From Marsupella aquatica (Eukaryota > Plantae > Marchantiophyta), in the NCBI GenBank assembly GCA_973895155.1, contig OZ316897.1:646515-710514 (forward strand): DNA of 64,000 nucleotides. The letters are read 5' to 3'. A program made the position numbers and the translations under genes. Shown piece after piece: positions 23,500 through 37,270 of the stretch; the first letter of the stretch is position 1; each line of letters begins with the position of its first letter. The notes beneath the pieces were generated by a model, which was not told the origin of the DNA, made no database searches, and was given only the letters and a program-made list of their open reading frames with translations.

Positions 23500-26100
23500 A
23501 GGCAGTAGAGCCATATGGCCGGTGACGGCTACATGAAACACCAAAATGAGGCTCTAACTGGCCTACACTATGTGGTACCTCTAATCAAAGCTATCAGACA
23601 CTATGTACCACAAACCTCTAAAAAGGTGTGTTGCGCCCCTTCTTCTTCTTTGGGCAAGAGCGTGGGCGGGGTACAGGTTCGAGAGCGCGAGACCCCTCAT
23701 GTTGGTGGCTGCCCACAACCGTGGTAGACACCTGCTCAGCGGATGGCGTGCCTGAAGCAGGTCTAGACCCTGAACCACTAGATGCACCACTACGGTGCTC
23801 AGGCAAGATAGATGTCCCACCACCCCCTGACACAGCAGAGTGGAAGGAGCCCTCTCCGGTAGACCTACGCGAGTGATGGGATGCTCCACCTGCATGTGCT
23901 CTCTGGCCCGTGCCGTGCTGTACTCCCACCAGACTCACGAGATGGCGCTCGCCCCCTAGAACCACCATCCTGTATGTCACTAGTCCCTCGTCGTGGAGGG
24001 CCAGCTGGTGCACTATGTACCCCGGACCGATGGCCTGGTCCCACACGACCTCTACTACCCCCTGACGGCCCGGGCCTACCACCCCGTGATGCTGCTGAAT
24101 GATGGGAGCCCACACCATCAGCATCATGTGAACCAGCACCCTCTGCTGATGTGGGGGCAACATGAGGCATAGGGGTAATCGTGGCCACTCTCGCCGACCC
24201 TGCCGCATCCTCTGCATCCTCATCACCTGCATTCTCATCACCAACATCCTCATCGCCAGCATCCTCATCACCAGCATCCTCATCACCACCGTCCTCATCA
24301 CCTGCATCCTCATCACCTGCCCCACCTGACTCCTCATCCGATCCTGACTCCTCCTCCTACGCAATACATAGGTAGGATTAAATTGTTGTTAAATTAGTTT
24401 ATATAGGGCCTCCAAAACTCTAACAAATTCACCATAACCAAAAACATTTTCATAACCTAGGGGGAACACAAACCTCTCCCAACTCATCCTCAAGGTGGCG
24501 CTTAAGAGCGCGGGGTCCATTCCTCTTTGCCAAATCCCTCTCGGATGGCCCAATAGGTCTACCCCACTCCCTTTCCTGGCAGTTCACAGTCCCAAACCAA
24601 ATATCCCATTAGCATGAAACCAAGCAATCTTGGACCCCATAATGCACACCCTACATACCCCTCATTAAAACTGTTATCATAGTAAACCCTAATTTAAAAT
24701 AGGACCCCTGCCACATACCCATACATATCCTATACCCTATATATAAACCCCTAATCAAACTAGTCCTCAAATTTAACCCTAATTTAAAAAACTCCACAAA
24801 GTGCTACTCAATCATGAAACCCCTAAAACCTAATACCAAAGTTAAACAGTTATTGCTATAAGCCCCCTAAAAATGCCACAAAACCTGATAATTAAGCTTT
24901 CCACAAGGGGTCCGATTCTCCATCCAATTGTCTTAGCATCGGAACTGCCTCGGAACGTTAGTGCCAAAAAATGAATAACAAGAGGTCCGATGCCGGGTCC
25001 GATGCAGAAAGAATCGGACACCTATCGGAAAGCACAGGGCCGAGAGCAAATTACACCATCGGGCTGCAAAGGGTTTAAAGCATTTGGAGGCTAAAAAACG
25101 GTCACTCTTCACAACAGAAGGTCAGGTGGTTGGGGGGAGGAGCTAGGGAGGAGGGAGAGGGGACTTACAAATTCGGCCTTCAGTCGATTGGAGCCGCCTT
25201 GCCCCATCCGGTGAGTGACCACAGGTCGACCTTGCACTCGCTGCAAAGCTGCTATGATGTCCTTTGGTGGCTTGGGGAGTCTTACCTCTTATGCATGCCA
25301 CTGTCGTAGCATCTGTTGGAGGGGGAGGATGTCAATTTCCTCTCCAGCTTTCCTCTTCTCCTCTGCCAGGCTGATTTTGAGATTGTAGTGACATTTTTGC
25401 AGCCAGGCTCGGACTGCTAGTTCCTCCTCAAGCCAAGCTGCCCACTCATCTGAGGAAAGCGCATCTGGACAGCCCTGCTCCCTGACCACCTCTGCATCCA
25501 TCGGCATCTCAGCAAGGTAGTTCCTGAATTTCTCTCTTTGATGGTTTCGCATGTCTGAGAGTGAGGCGGATATCCTCTTGTTCAAGAACCTATCATCAAT
25601 GTGTGCCCCGTTCTTGAATCGTTCTTTCACTTGCTCTCAAATTCTGGATTTCTCTTCCTCCTTCTTCTTGCCCCAGTAATCTAATGGCCCCAAATTGGCC
25701 CGCACCACTTGTTTGAATTGGCTGCGAAAGAGATTGTAGCCCTGGGTAATGGAGAGCCACCTGAGTTTAGGGGTAGCTCAGGCCTCAAAGCTCTCTCTGC
25801 TTCCTTTCGCTTGAGCTCCTCTACTCGCCCCTTCTCAGCTTCCCTAGCCTCCCTCCGAAGCTTCTTCTCTCATTTTCGAGGAGAGAGAGACTCCTCTGCA
25901 TCTGCCCTGCTTCTCTTTGCCTCCTTCTTCTTCTTCTTTGCAGCTGCAATGGCTGCTACAGCAGCTTTCTTAGCCTCAATCTTTGAGGCATCAAACAAGG
26001 TCTGCAAAAGCGGGACTACTCTAGCTGCATCCTCCACACTCAACCCGGCCCTAGCAACAAAAATCTCCTTCATCACCTCATCGTATGCCCGAGAAGGTCC
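23500..26100 (-). pseudogene. Second CACTA gene (TnpA-like, spliced), divergent from the transposase
   Basis: Fragments 26274-25870 and 25630-25289 (LSDMRNHQREKF..CPDALSSDEWAAW). Acidic DAGDE-repeat exon near 24200-24360. Donor and acceptor sites near 25166, 24586, 24455 and 24358. Confidence 0.5.
24205..24320. repeat. 15-bp tandem repeat
   Basis: Repeated unit gcatcctcatcacc(a/t); reads DAGDE on the minus strand. Confidence 0.8.
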
Positions 26101-27325
26101 AGCCCCATCCCCACCACCAGATTCTCCTCCCACCATCTCCCCTCCTCCTTTGAGCTCCCCTCCCAGCCTCGACAATAGCCTAAGTGTCAAGTGCGAAGCT
26201 TGTCCCGACTCGCGGGTCTTTGCACCAGCGTCGGGACTTCTTTTTTGAAATCTGGCCTGTTGTGTCCGATGCAAATTGCTTCGGACTTTCCAAAGCCGAG
26301 AACATCGGTATTGGTATCGGACCTTCCGATATGTTTGACATCGGACCCCTCGTTGTTAATGGGTTGCCTTTTGTTTGCCAAGGTTTGTCCGTTTCTTATA
26401 GTATCGGACCCCTCGTAGAATTCTTTTGGATGCACCTTTTCTTTCCCAAATTAAGGGGGTGTGATGTGTTTAGTTAAATGGGTTGAATTGGGTATGGATT
26501 CTAGAGTTTTGGGGTTTTTTGAATTTGGTTGGGTATGGTTGTGTTAACATTTTCTTTCCATTTGAATTGACAGGTTTTTTAATGTAGGGTGATACATACC
26601 TCACTGGGAGGGTGACCGTGACGTGCATGTGACTCTTGTGCATACTAGTTCCTTCTTCACGGATACAATTTTTGGGTTTGTTCTTGATTTTCATTTTTTG
26701 GGGGATAATTTTACTCTGGTACGTTGTGCATACCTAATATGTTAGGCTATAATGATGCAATTCTTATATAGTCTTGCTTGAGACATTGGTTTAGGGTTTT
26801 TATGAGGATAGTGTTGTACATTTTCTTATGATAACATGAAGCCATTGTTAGGCTAATGTTTGTGTTTGGATATGATGTGCAGTACCTTGATTTTGGCATG
26901 GAGGGGTAGGTTAATTAGTTTTTTTGAGGGGTTCTGGTAGTCTTTTTTGATAATGCACTATGCATAGCGTGAGACCGCGCGTCCAAGAGGTATGATGTTT
27001 CTTGGCCCATCCATGTATTCTCCTCAGGTTGTAACATAGAGGTTTACTTTGGCAAGTTTGACACATCGTTTGCCGAGGTGTGCATGTCGTGCACTTTTTT
27101 CACTTAGCTCACTATTGAAATGCCCACCTTGCAAAGATTTTGGATATCCCACACTTTGTGTGTCGAGAATATAGCCCAATAGGCACAGCAAAGCGCGGGT
27201 ATCATTGAGGTACGTAGGGCAATGTCTCTCTATGGAAATCTCCTTAATTATGTTTGTATATACATCGACACAAGAAGTTGTTGTTGGATATGTATGTAGA
27301 TTCTTGTTGTTGGATATGTATGTAG

Positions 27326-28617
27326 ATGTCTACATCCGATAGTTCCACATTGGATTCAGACTCTGACACAAGCTTGTCCGAGGAGGAGGTTCCTCCACCC
27401 CCTCCTCTTGACCGTCCTCGTGCTCCACTAGGGCCCATACCTTGCTGGTGTGTAAGATGCAAGGGACTTGTGGTTCGACATGCCTGGGAGACTTGTGAGC
27501 ACATTGAGAACTATGGTCGCCATGAGGGTGATATGCCAGGTTATTTGCCTAGCCAGGTAAATAATTATACATACATCCCCCCTTTCATTTCATGAAACGG
27601 CAATTGGTGAAATATTGTATATAATTAGCTTGCATTCAAATAACACTACTTAATTTATTGTGTGTTGAAATAGGTGCCTCATAGACCCCCACCTCCTTTG
27701 GTTGATGATGTTGTGTGGCTAGAAGGGTTTCTAGCAAGGGCAAGGGACTTGCTTGCATCCCCCCTTGCCCATCCACCTCTTAGCCCCCTGCTCCTATCCC
27801 CATAGTCGAGCATGTAGAGGGTGAACCGGTCTCTCGACCGGAGGTTGGGTGTACAAGAGTCCTACGTACACGACCACGGTCTCGCAGACGTAGACGGCAA
27901 TATGAGCCACTGGAACAGGTAGACAACAGGGAGGAGGTGTTAGGCAGTGCCCGACCATCCAACAACGTAGATTATATTGGGGTTGACGGACGGTTTGGAG
28001 CATCTTATCTCACTGGTAGGGCAGCCGACGTTTTGAAAGACTTTGATCCTAGTCTCTTCAAATTTCAAGACTACATTCCTATTAATGAACCGGTTGAGAT
28101 ATGGGGTCGCTCTTGGATAGTGAAAGATTCCTCCATTGGTGCTGATATAGGATATGGTCTATATGCTTTGGAGGACATTATTGTCCCTCCAAAGCCATGG
28201 AGACGTGGCTATGATGGAGAGCACCTTTTCCCTTACATTGGAGCTGTATACAACGCTAAGAGTTGGAACATTTTGTTGCGTCAACACCCAAGTTGGGGGG
28301 TGTACGCATTAAGGATGGACTCAGACCCAGACGAGGTCTTCACTAGGCCGTGGCATTGTAGGATGATTGATGGTGACCCTGTTCGGAATTGTAATTTAGC
28401 AGGGTACATCAATAGTACCACGGGTAGAGGTAGAGATTTGGAGGCTAATGTAGAGTGGATCCAGATGTTTGGTCCACCTAGAGCTCCATATTTTGTGAAA
28501 CATATGGATGATCACATCATGACGGTCGCTGTTAGGACCATTAGAGCTGGTGAGGAGTTATTGTGTGATTATGAGTGGGATGCACCAAAATTGTCCCTAT
28601 GTTCCCGTCCAAGATAG
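27326..28617 (+). CDS. SET-domain protein inside the CACTA; probable first exon 27326-27557 with a Cys/His motif and a frameshift near 27780
   Basis: IGYGLYALEDI, NLAGYINST..ANVE and AVRTIRAGEELLCDY are SET signature motifs. Upstream exon has PCWCVRC..EHIENYG, followed by GT..AG (27558-27672). Confidence 0.8.
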
Positions 28618-28779
28618 TTTCTTGGACTTACATATATACATATATATATCGGATTCTTTTCCATTTTTAACATTGGATAATTGGTTGTTCACAATATTGA
28701 TGTTGATGAGATTGCATGCATTGATGTTGTATGATAGAATCAATATGTGGTGCCTGATATTGGGGTAATATCATGAGCT

Positions 28780-31700
28780 ATGCGGCAACACCTTGTTGAG
28801 GCCATGGTGACGAATGATGGGGAGGAGAATGAGGTACAACATGAGGATGATGACTCTACCCAAGATCGGCTTGAAGATGAGGAGGCCATGGATGAGCTCA
28901 TGAACCAATTTTATGAAGATGATGCTGATATTGGTATGGAGGACATGGGTTTCACCGACGACAACACCACTCATCCTTCTAGGGGGGGCCAGCAGAAGGA
29001 ATGGGAAGAGGCTCAACGTCATGCTCGTACTCGCATATTTTAGGGGAGTAGGTTATCTCGGCTCTCAGCAATAATGTTATTGTTGAATGTGCAACAAAGA
29101 CATGGGGCCAGCAACCTACTTTTGGATGATGTTTTTTGTACCCTACATGATCGCATTTTACCACCAGGCAACAACATGCCAAGGTCTTGGAAGGAGGCTA
29201 AACAGGTGTTGCAGTCCATTGGTCTAAAGTATGAAGTGATACATGCATGTGTAAATGACTGCATTCTTTTTAGGGGTGAGCATGAAAATGCAATCATATG
29301 TCCTGAGTGTGAGAAGCCGCGGTACCGTGATGACATGTTGACAGGGAAGGTGCCTCAAAAAGTTATGTGGTATTTTCCTCTCATCCCTCGATTGCAAAAT
29401 CAATACCGTTGTGCAGAGTTGGCTGAGTATATGGTATGGCACTCACAGCATCGTTCTGATATGGGTACAGACTCCAGTGCCATGCAAATGATGGTTGACT
29501 CTCCTGCCAATCAATTTGTAGAGGATAGATGGGGTGAGTTCAAAACTGACCCACGACATGTGAGACTTGGATTGGCAGCAGATGGTATTAGCCCTTTTGC
29601 ATTGGCAGGTAAAGCAAAACCATATTCAGTATGGCCAGTAGTTCTAACAAACTACAATATCCCTCCATGGATGGCCATGAAGAAAGGTCATCTACTACTC
29701 TCAATGATCATCCCGGGTCCTAAGCAAGTAAAAAAGATTGACATCTACTTGCAACCTTTGATTGATGAGCTTTTGCAACTTTGGAGGGGAGTGGATTGTT
29801 ATGACGGACGTCGCAACACTGGAGGTTTATCTCGCGCATTCACCCTCAAGGCCATTCTTATGTGGACCATGCATGATTTACCAGGTAATCACAGTAAACC
29901 TTGCAATTAATTTAACCCTATTTCATCAATCTTGCACTTAATTAAAAATTGTATTCTTTTCTCTAACCTTCTTTCATTGGCTGGCTGTCCCTTGACCAAT
30001 CATAGGGTTTGGATATATCTCTGGATTGCAAACATCAGGCTATCGAGCTTGCCCTTCATGTGGACCAAATTTGGAGGGAGTGGCAAGACGCAAGTCAACT
30101 ACTTTGCGGAAGATAGTTTACATTGGTCATACTAAATATCTTCCAACAGACCATCCTTGGAGGAGTGACCACTTCCTGTATGACACTGATGAGGGCCAAC
30201 CTGATACCCGTCCTCAACCTCAGCGAAAGGATCCAGCATATTGGAGAGAGGTATGGCAAAGAGTTCAAGACGCAGATGATCCATTACAATTTCTCAGATG
30301 TGGGATGACCCGTTTGTCTGCATTATCACAGTTGCCATATTGGTCAGAGATGCCCATTAATCACTTGTTAGATCCGATGCACATTGAGGGGAATGTGGGG
30401 AGGTCATTGATTCGTCATCTATATGGGGAGAAGAACCACAATTGGAGAGAAAGTTGTGAATAGATGGGGATGCATGGTCTTCTTGGTTTTTGGCCATCTT
30501 TGGACCCCCCTGGAGACCCCCCTAGCATCCATCCACCTTGGGTTTTGACTAGGGCAGAGCGCACTGAGTTTCGCAGACGTATTGGGTCAATGAGGTTTCC
30601 CACAGGTTATGGCGCAAATCTCCAAAAAGCATTTGGGGGGGATGATTCTCCAAAATGGCCATCTTACTTGAAAACACATGATTATCATCGGTTACTAGAA
30701 CATGTCATTCCAGTTGCGATTATTGGATTGGGTAGTGAGGAACTTCGTGATGCCCTTTGGTCATTGGGAAAGCTTTTGAGATGGGTATGTCAGAAGGAGG
30801 TACAGGAGGATGAAACTGCTGCAATGGAGATATTTGGAGTAGAGGTTATTTGTAAGTTGGAGAAGGCACTCCCTCCCTCTTTCTTTGATGGCCAGGTTCA
30901 TTTTCTCATACATTTAGTGCATGAGGTTGCAATTGCAGGCCCAGTGCATTGTCGATGGATGTATTGGGTTGAGCGTTATATGGGGGTGATGAAGTCGTAC
31001 GTCTCTAATCGCGCTAGGGTGGAAGGTAGGATTGCAGAGCGTCATCTTGGAGCAGAGAGTATGTTTTATTGTACAAACATAGTTGCCACACTAGATCCTA
31101 ACGCTCCTAGGGGATGGATACATGAGGCAGCGCGAGAGGCGGACTATGAGGATGATAGACTCACTAGGACATCAGGAGAGCGTCTCTTGAGCTCAGCGGA
31201 GCGTTTGCAGCTCACAACATTTATGTTGTATAATTCACCAGAGGTTGTAGGGGAGTGGACAACATTTTATGAGGAGGAGAAGAAAAATAGTCGGCGATCA
31301 CGATTATTTCCCAAGTTTCACCCATACATGAAGTCAAAGATGCTAGAAGTGGATGCCTTGGTGGGTATTGGGGAGAGCATATCACACTTCCCAAAGGTGA
31401 CTGATAAGCTTCATACCTTGATTCATGGTCCACTACTTATAGTCACGACTCGGACAGCCATGTGGTCCAAGGGGAGACATTTTTGTGTTGAACGACTTGA
31501 TGAGAAGAAGGCAGCTACACAAGATTGTGGGGTGATGGGTTGGTTCACCCAGGATTCACAGAGTAGCACATCAGACAGGAATCCCATTCGGTCCACCATC
31601 GCCCATTATGGAAAGATTGAGGAAATCCTTACCATAAAGTACCATGCACATACTACTTTGGAGGAAGTGGTATTAAAGTGCAAATGGTTCAAGATGAATC

Positions 31701-31966
31701 TTGTGGGCCACAACCGAACATGTGAAGATGATGCATGCGGTTTTACCCGGTTGAAGACAACCGCAAATAGTGTCATCAGCTCAAACTGGAGGTCCTCAGA
31801 TCCCTTTGCGTTCCCCCATCACCTTGAACAATGTTTTTACCTACCCTATCCAGATGACTCAGATTGGTCCATTGTCATGCCATACATTCCACGATCACGA
31901 TCCATCGTCCAGGGTAGACCTAACGTAGTTATAGTGGAAGATACTGACATTCCCTCCACTAGTTAG
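28780..31966 (+). pseudogene. CACTA TnpD-like transposase
   Basis: IHACVNDCILF, LGLAADGISPF, YSVWPV, YNIPPW, WTMHDLPG, LDPMHIEGNV, LKTHDYH, GPVHCRWMYWVER. Intron 29885-30005 restores the frame (DLPG-FGYISG). In-frame TAG at 29041 and 30461. Confidence 0.95.
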
Positions 31967-34900
31967 ATATCTAGTACATCAAAGGCGTAGCTAACCCCTA
32001 CCATCTTATTTGTGGCTATTTTATTGGCATTACATATTTATCGGCATTTCATGTGTTCTCACACTCTACCATTGCATAAACTATATTGCTACAAGTATCC
32101 ATAATCAAACCATGACCACAATACAATGTCCCATTGTCAATCCCATGGAATCTACATCGCACAGGCATCGGTACTCGGCCGGAGAACTAAACCTCTTTCC
32201 GATATTGAAAGTGACGGGACACATGCGATTCAAAACCTATCGGACACATTTTTCCATTCCAGAAAACATCGGACCCCTCGGCAAAAATGACGAAGGAGGG
32301 GTCCGATATGCTTACCTTCGGACAACTTCCGATACTGTTACTATTGCACGTAGGTTCCAAAGCAATGTCTTTCCCAATATTATGTCCGTTGTTTTAAATA
32401 TCGGACCATGTCCGTTTGTTTTTCCAACAAGCCTCAGGTTCGAGTGTAACTGCATCGGAAGCTAAAGCCTTACTTTTGTCGTCTTTTTGCGATGCTATTA
32501 ATTTCGAACATTGTTCGATAGTTCTGGTATGGGATAGTTTTTGCAATGCATTTTCCATCGGTACGTTTATTTCCGATATGTCATGAATCGGAAATTACGA
32601 TGGTTTTAATATCGGAATTTGTCCGATGCGTTCGGTTTCGGACGGCTAAAAGAAGCCGCGATTTGAGTATCGGAAAGAGACAAAAAATGTACTAGTGGTC
32701 CCTCAGCATTAGGTGCTTTCCCCACTTCCACCTTAGATCTTTCTGCCAGCACCGTTCTTGGAGGTTTGTATGAAACCTTTGACGTGGCTCTGCTCCCACC
32801 AGTAGACTTGCTTCGTGTGCGCATGCTTCCTTTCTTCATAGTAGTGAAGCTAGGCTTAGTAGTTCCTCTATTAGGACTGTCACAGTAGCAGGTTCCTCAC
32901 CTGGGAGTGTCATACCAACTAACTTTTTGGTTGGATTTATCTCAACAAGAGGCACACCTGTCATTGAGAATGATACATTCTGCAAATCATTTATCTCTGC
33001 AATGGAGTCAAGATCTACATAGCATGAATCTGGGTCAATGGTATCATTGTCATGGTTGCTGACATCCTCATTTGCCCCAACATTGATATCATCCACTCCC
33101 TTGCCAATGTCATCCTCATCCAAACATGGTTGACTGCCCTTTGTCAAACAAGTTGCATGTACAAACTGCAACTTTGTTGCCTCTAAATTATAGCGAGTCT
33201 TTGCCAGGTTCTCATACTTCTTCTTTGCAGCACCTGTCTTATTCTCTATGGACACAACAACCACAATATATGTTACTGAAAATAACACATTCAACAAACA
33301 ATGTCAATTCAAACTATACGTTTAATAATCATATCCCACACAGTTGTAAAGGCCTTACCTTCAAGCCTAGATGTCGTTGGCATGCCAGAAGAGTGCATTG
33401 ACTTTGCCACCTCAAGTGGTGATGGTGGAACTCCTGCAGAATTGGAATCAATTTTATCTCTCACCGACATAACAGCTTCCATTAATGTCTTGAAGTTCAC
33501 ATGGAACAAGTCAGTAAATGAATTCAAACGTTCATTGATCTCTGGAAGACATGTTTCGACAGGCTTCAAACGACCACTTATCTCTGTAAGTGAAGATCCA
33601 CCTCCCTACATGACACAGGGGTATAGGTTCAATCACTCCATATGAAATGTTGGGCAATATATGCACAATCAATGTTATATACAGTGTACACCTGAAATTC
33701 AATGCAGGTCATTCAATTACCAATCAGAACTCATATAACTTACATGCTTGGAGGATTCAGATGCACCCTCTTGAGCCCGGTGTTCACAATTTCAGCCCTC
33801 AACTCTTCTTTGAAGGGCTTTGCCCCAATTGGGCTTTCTGCACATGCATGGCAAACACAAGTTATCATTATTATTCAGGGAACGTACACTAAAAAACAAA
33901 GTGAACAGTACATAGTGTAGCATAAATTACATAGCTAGGCCATTGATTCTTACCAAACATTTTGCTGTCGGTGCAGTGCCAATCCTTCTTGTCAGATTAG
34001 GGTTCTGAACACTCAACCTGGCCTCGGTCATCTGTGAACTCTTCTTTTTTGAAGCATCTGTTACAAAATAAGCTACTAACCTTGCCCACACTTTATCATC
34101 ACAACTGGCTGGTGGAGGCATATCTGGCTTCTCCCCACCTTCCTTCCAAGTCTTATGCATTCTCCACCTCTCTTGCTTAATGATTTTACCTATTGTACTA
34201 CTCTCTAGGCAACCTATGTCCATGCCATCATCACTGCCCACATAATTCCATTTGGCAGCAACATTTTCACATACAGTCTTCCAATCTTTTGGATGCTATT
34301 TTTTAAAATTAATAACACTCACATCTAACCAACGAAAATACTTCAGCTTTCATATCAGCATGCCATCGGTTCTTGCGAGGACACTCAGCATCCACCCATT
34401 GTCTCTCATTCAACTTTACGTTCCCTGTCTTTGTCACCTCCCCTCGTGCACTGCTCTCGGTAGTACTGGGCATTGTATTGGCCACCCCTTCATTCACCCT
34501 ACCTGGGGTTCTAAAGCCACCTGGGAAAATACAATGCCATTCATGCTTGAGAACTACATACAACAGAATGGATGACGGTAACATTCAATGCTTCACTTCA
34601 AGAAAAATTCTTCAAACATACATACCTGTAGCTTTGCCTGTAGATGCCTGTGCAGGGACTGCACATTGGAATTGTTGCGACCCTGGACCACCTGTCCAGC
34701 CTAGTACAGGGGCCGGATGATGTCACTTTCTAGGTATGTGTGTGCAAACATATGTACTGAAAACTAAGTACAAATTGTAGGAAAACAACTGAACATTCAC
34801 CGACATACCTGGCCCCCTTCCGTGCTGCATCTGCATAGGGGCATTAGTGAATACTTGAGTCGATGGTTCGACTATCCAACCTGCACACATACATTTTCTA

Positions 34901-35487
34901 TCATTATACATGTGCAGAATCCCCCCCACGTGAATGGACTCCAGATATAATGAGTTCTTCCATTGCTGACAAGATCAGACATTACCTGCCCCTCTTCCAG
35001 CGTTTGTAGGTATTGTATTTTGATATCCCTGCCAATTACCTTCACCACCTTCCCAACCTTGTTCATTCCACGACCCACCACCATCCTCCCAACCTGGTTC
35101 AACCCATGTTTGTCCTTGTGGACATTGGAACTGATCATTAACAACACGATGACCGACCAAACGAGAAGTGTGACGACCAAACGAGAAGTGTGTTTTGATT
35201 TTTGCAAAAAATGGCAAAAAATATCTTAAATTGATATCAAAAACACAAATTCTTAGATGAATGCAAAATTGGATCCAACATCCGATTCCAAATTGAGATA
35301 CTTTTTGACAAAAAATGGAAAATCATTAAAATCTTTGATTTTAGAACAATTGATCCCAAAAATATTTGCCAAACAGAAAACCCATAAAACAATGATTTTC
35401 AAGTCCTATTTCCGCGCGCTTAATCAATTCGCCCGGAAAAGCTTCAATAACACAAATCTCCATTTGACAAGCAAATCATTCAAACCA

Positions 35488-37270
35488 AAATGGGATACGA
35501 TGTATCCCATTTCAGATTCATCCGTGGAAAATCAAACAAAAACACGCTAAGTTGATCATTTGGGGCCTTAAGTTCCCATACCGAGTAAACTAGATTTGAA
35601 TATTTACCAAAGGTAAAACGACGTACTGCATAAACTTTACTAGCAACCACGGTCGACAAATGCAGTCAGTTAAGTTAACCCAAGCAGATGGTTGGACATA
35701 CTGTAGATCATTTATTTCCCAACCGCCACCCTCCATCTAACAAATTAGAGATATGAATACCAACAGGGATCCATGGATCCCATTTTATTTCCCAAGTCCA
35801 AAAAGAGCTCAGCCAAAAGTCGGGGTGAATATGAAATGGGATCCACGGATCCCATTTGGTATTCACCCTTCCAAATTTGCCCTTGTCGAACCCCCGCGTC
35901 GCTAAATCAATGTTTGAATACCAATTGGGATCCCATTGTCCGATCCAACTCAAGAAACAAACAATTTTGGAATACTCTTTTCTCTCAAAGATTAATTTTG
36001 TTCACATTTAAAAATTTGTACGGACCAATGAATGGAAGCCACGTGGGCATCTTCCCAAAAACTATATAAGAACAAGCTCGCATATGATTCTGTCTTCATT
36101 TTTTACGACTCATTTTAGGTTCTCAAATATTGAGTCTCTATTTTCCTAGATTGGAGTCACAAGAACGGTCCACTCCCCATAGGAATCCTTACTCCTATAG
36201 AACCTTGATACTATCTCAATGGCGTCTTCAGGTGACGAGTCTATTTATAGTTCTGATGCATCTTTGCCAGATGTTGTTCGAAAATTCATTCCATCTCGTT
36301 TGATGAAGGAGCTTCCAGTCTCACAAAGAGTTTTGCCAGAGATGTCATTTTCATCAGATTCAGAGAGTTCAGGGTCTGATTCCGAGTGTGGGAGAAGTGT
36401 TGTTGGAGCTCCAACATCTTATTATGTTTCTCCAAGCAAACCGCTTAAACGACGTTTGCTTGGGAGAAAGTCCATTGTCATACCCTTAGGTCAGACTAGT
36501 TCACCGCGAACCCCTCCAGATGTATCCAAGCGTCGGCCTCGGTTTCTAATGCCAAGAACAATGTTGCCATGTAGGCCCGCCAAGAGATCTCCTCTAGTTT
36601 TCCCAATGTCGCATCCTCCTGGAGTCCAGATAGCTTTGTCTAGTGTGCAATCGCAGTTTGAGCGAATGAGAAGTTCGACGGTGCTAGAAGTGCCAGCCGC
36701 ACGAAGAATACCCAGAGGGATCCCTACTCAAAGTTTGCGGAATGGAGAGCGTGAATTGCCAATTTCATCTCCTTTGCTACCAAATTCCATTAGTGGAATA
36801 CCAAGTGGGATCCGTGGATCCCATTTGGTATTCCCTCCTGGAATTTTGCCAAATGGCGAGCCAGAATTGCAAATCGGGCAACCTTCTCCTACTGATTTGG
36901 TGGGAGGAATGCAAAATGGGATCCATGGATCCCACTTGGTATCCCCTCCTGGAATTTTACCAAATGGTGAGCCCAAAATGCGAAGCGAACAACCATTGCC
37001 TGCTGATTTGGGGAGAGGAATGCGGAAGGGGATCCGCGGATCCCACTTGGTATCCCCTCCTGGAATTTTACCAAATGTTGAGCCCGAATTGCAAAGCGGA
37101 CAAACTTTGTTAGTCGCTTTGGGTGGAGGAATGAGATAGGGGATCCGTGGATCCCACTTTGTTTTACACAATGGTCAATTGTCAAGCGCTACCATAGAAC
37201 CACAAGTGGGGCAACTGTCACTTCGAAGTCCAAGTGGACGAATACGAGTTGGGATCCATGGATCCCATTC
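35488..37270. repeat. GGGATCC-NN-GGATCCC palindromes, with a 111-bp coding tandem repeat (37 aa)
   Basis: Palindromes at ~35488, 35766, 35834, 35925, 36716, 36807, 36918, 37028, 37139, 37251. Confidence 0.9.

Larger units (their letters stand above)
22837..32697 (+). mobile_element. Full-length CACTA (En/Spm) transposon, 9861 bp
   Basis: TIR CACTAGTACATTTT...AAAATGTACTAGTG. 3-bp TSD GTC (22834-22836, 32698-32700). Dense subterminal ATCGGA/TCCGAT repeats. TnpD-like gene inside. Confidence 0.96.
22600..35140 (-). pseudogene. Older CACTA TnpA-like spliced gene (35140-32698 and 22836-~22600), split by the younger CACTA
   Basis: RWRMHKTWKEG..CDDKVWARLVAYF..KKKSSQMTEAR (Ptta/En/Spm-like). Across the GTC TSD the frame continues GQSGLLAVDESGTRVGFGRV*VGSTTFHGKRIPPGYSVVLV..LPIP..TLGDAAG (Tnp1/En/Spm-like). 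Confidence 0.7.

Noticed and set aside
23618-24364. 248-aa Met/Arg-rich ORF
   Set aside because: It is an alternative frame of a 15-bp repeat; the acidic frame is more plausible.
36700-37270. Second CRISPR-like palindrome array
   Set aside because: It is a 111-bp in-frame coding tandem repeat with homologous spacers.
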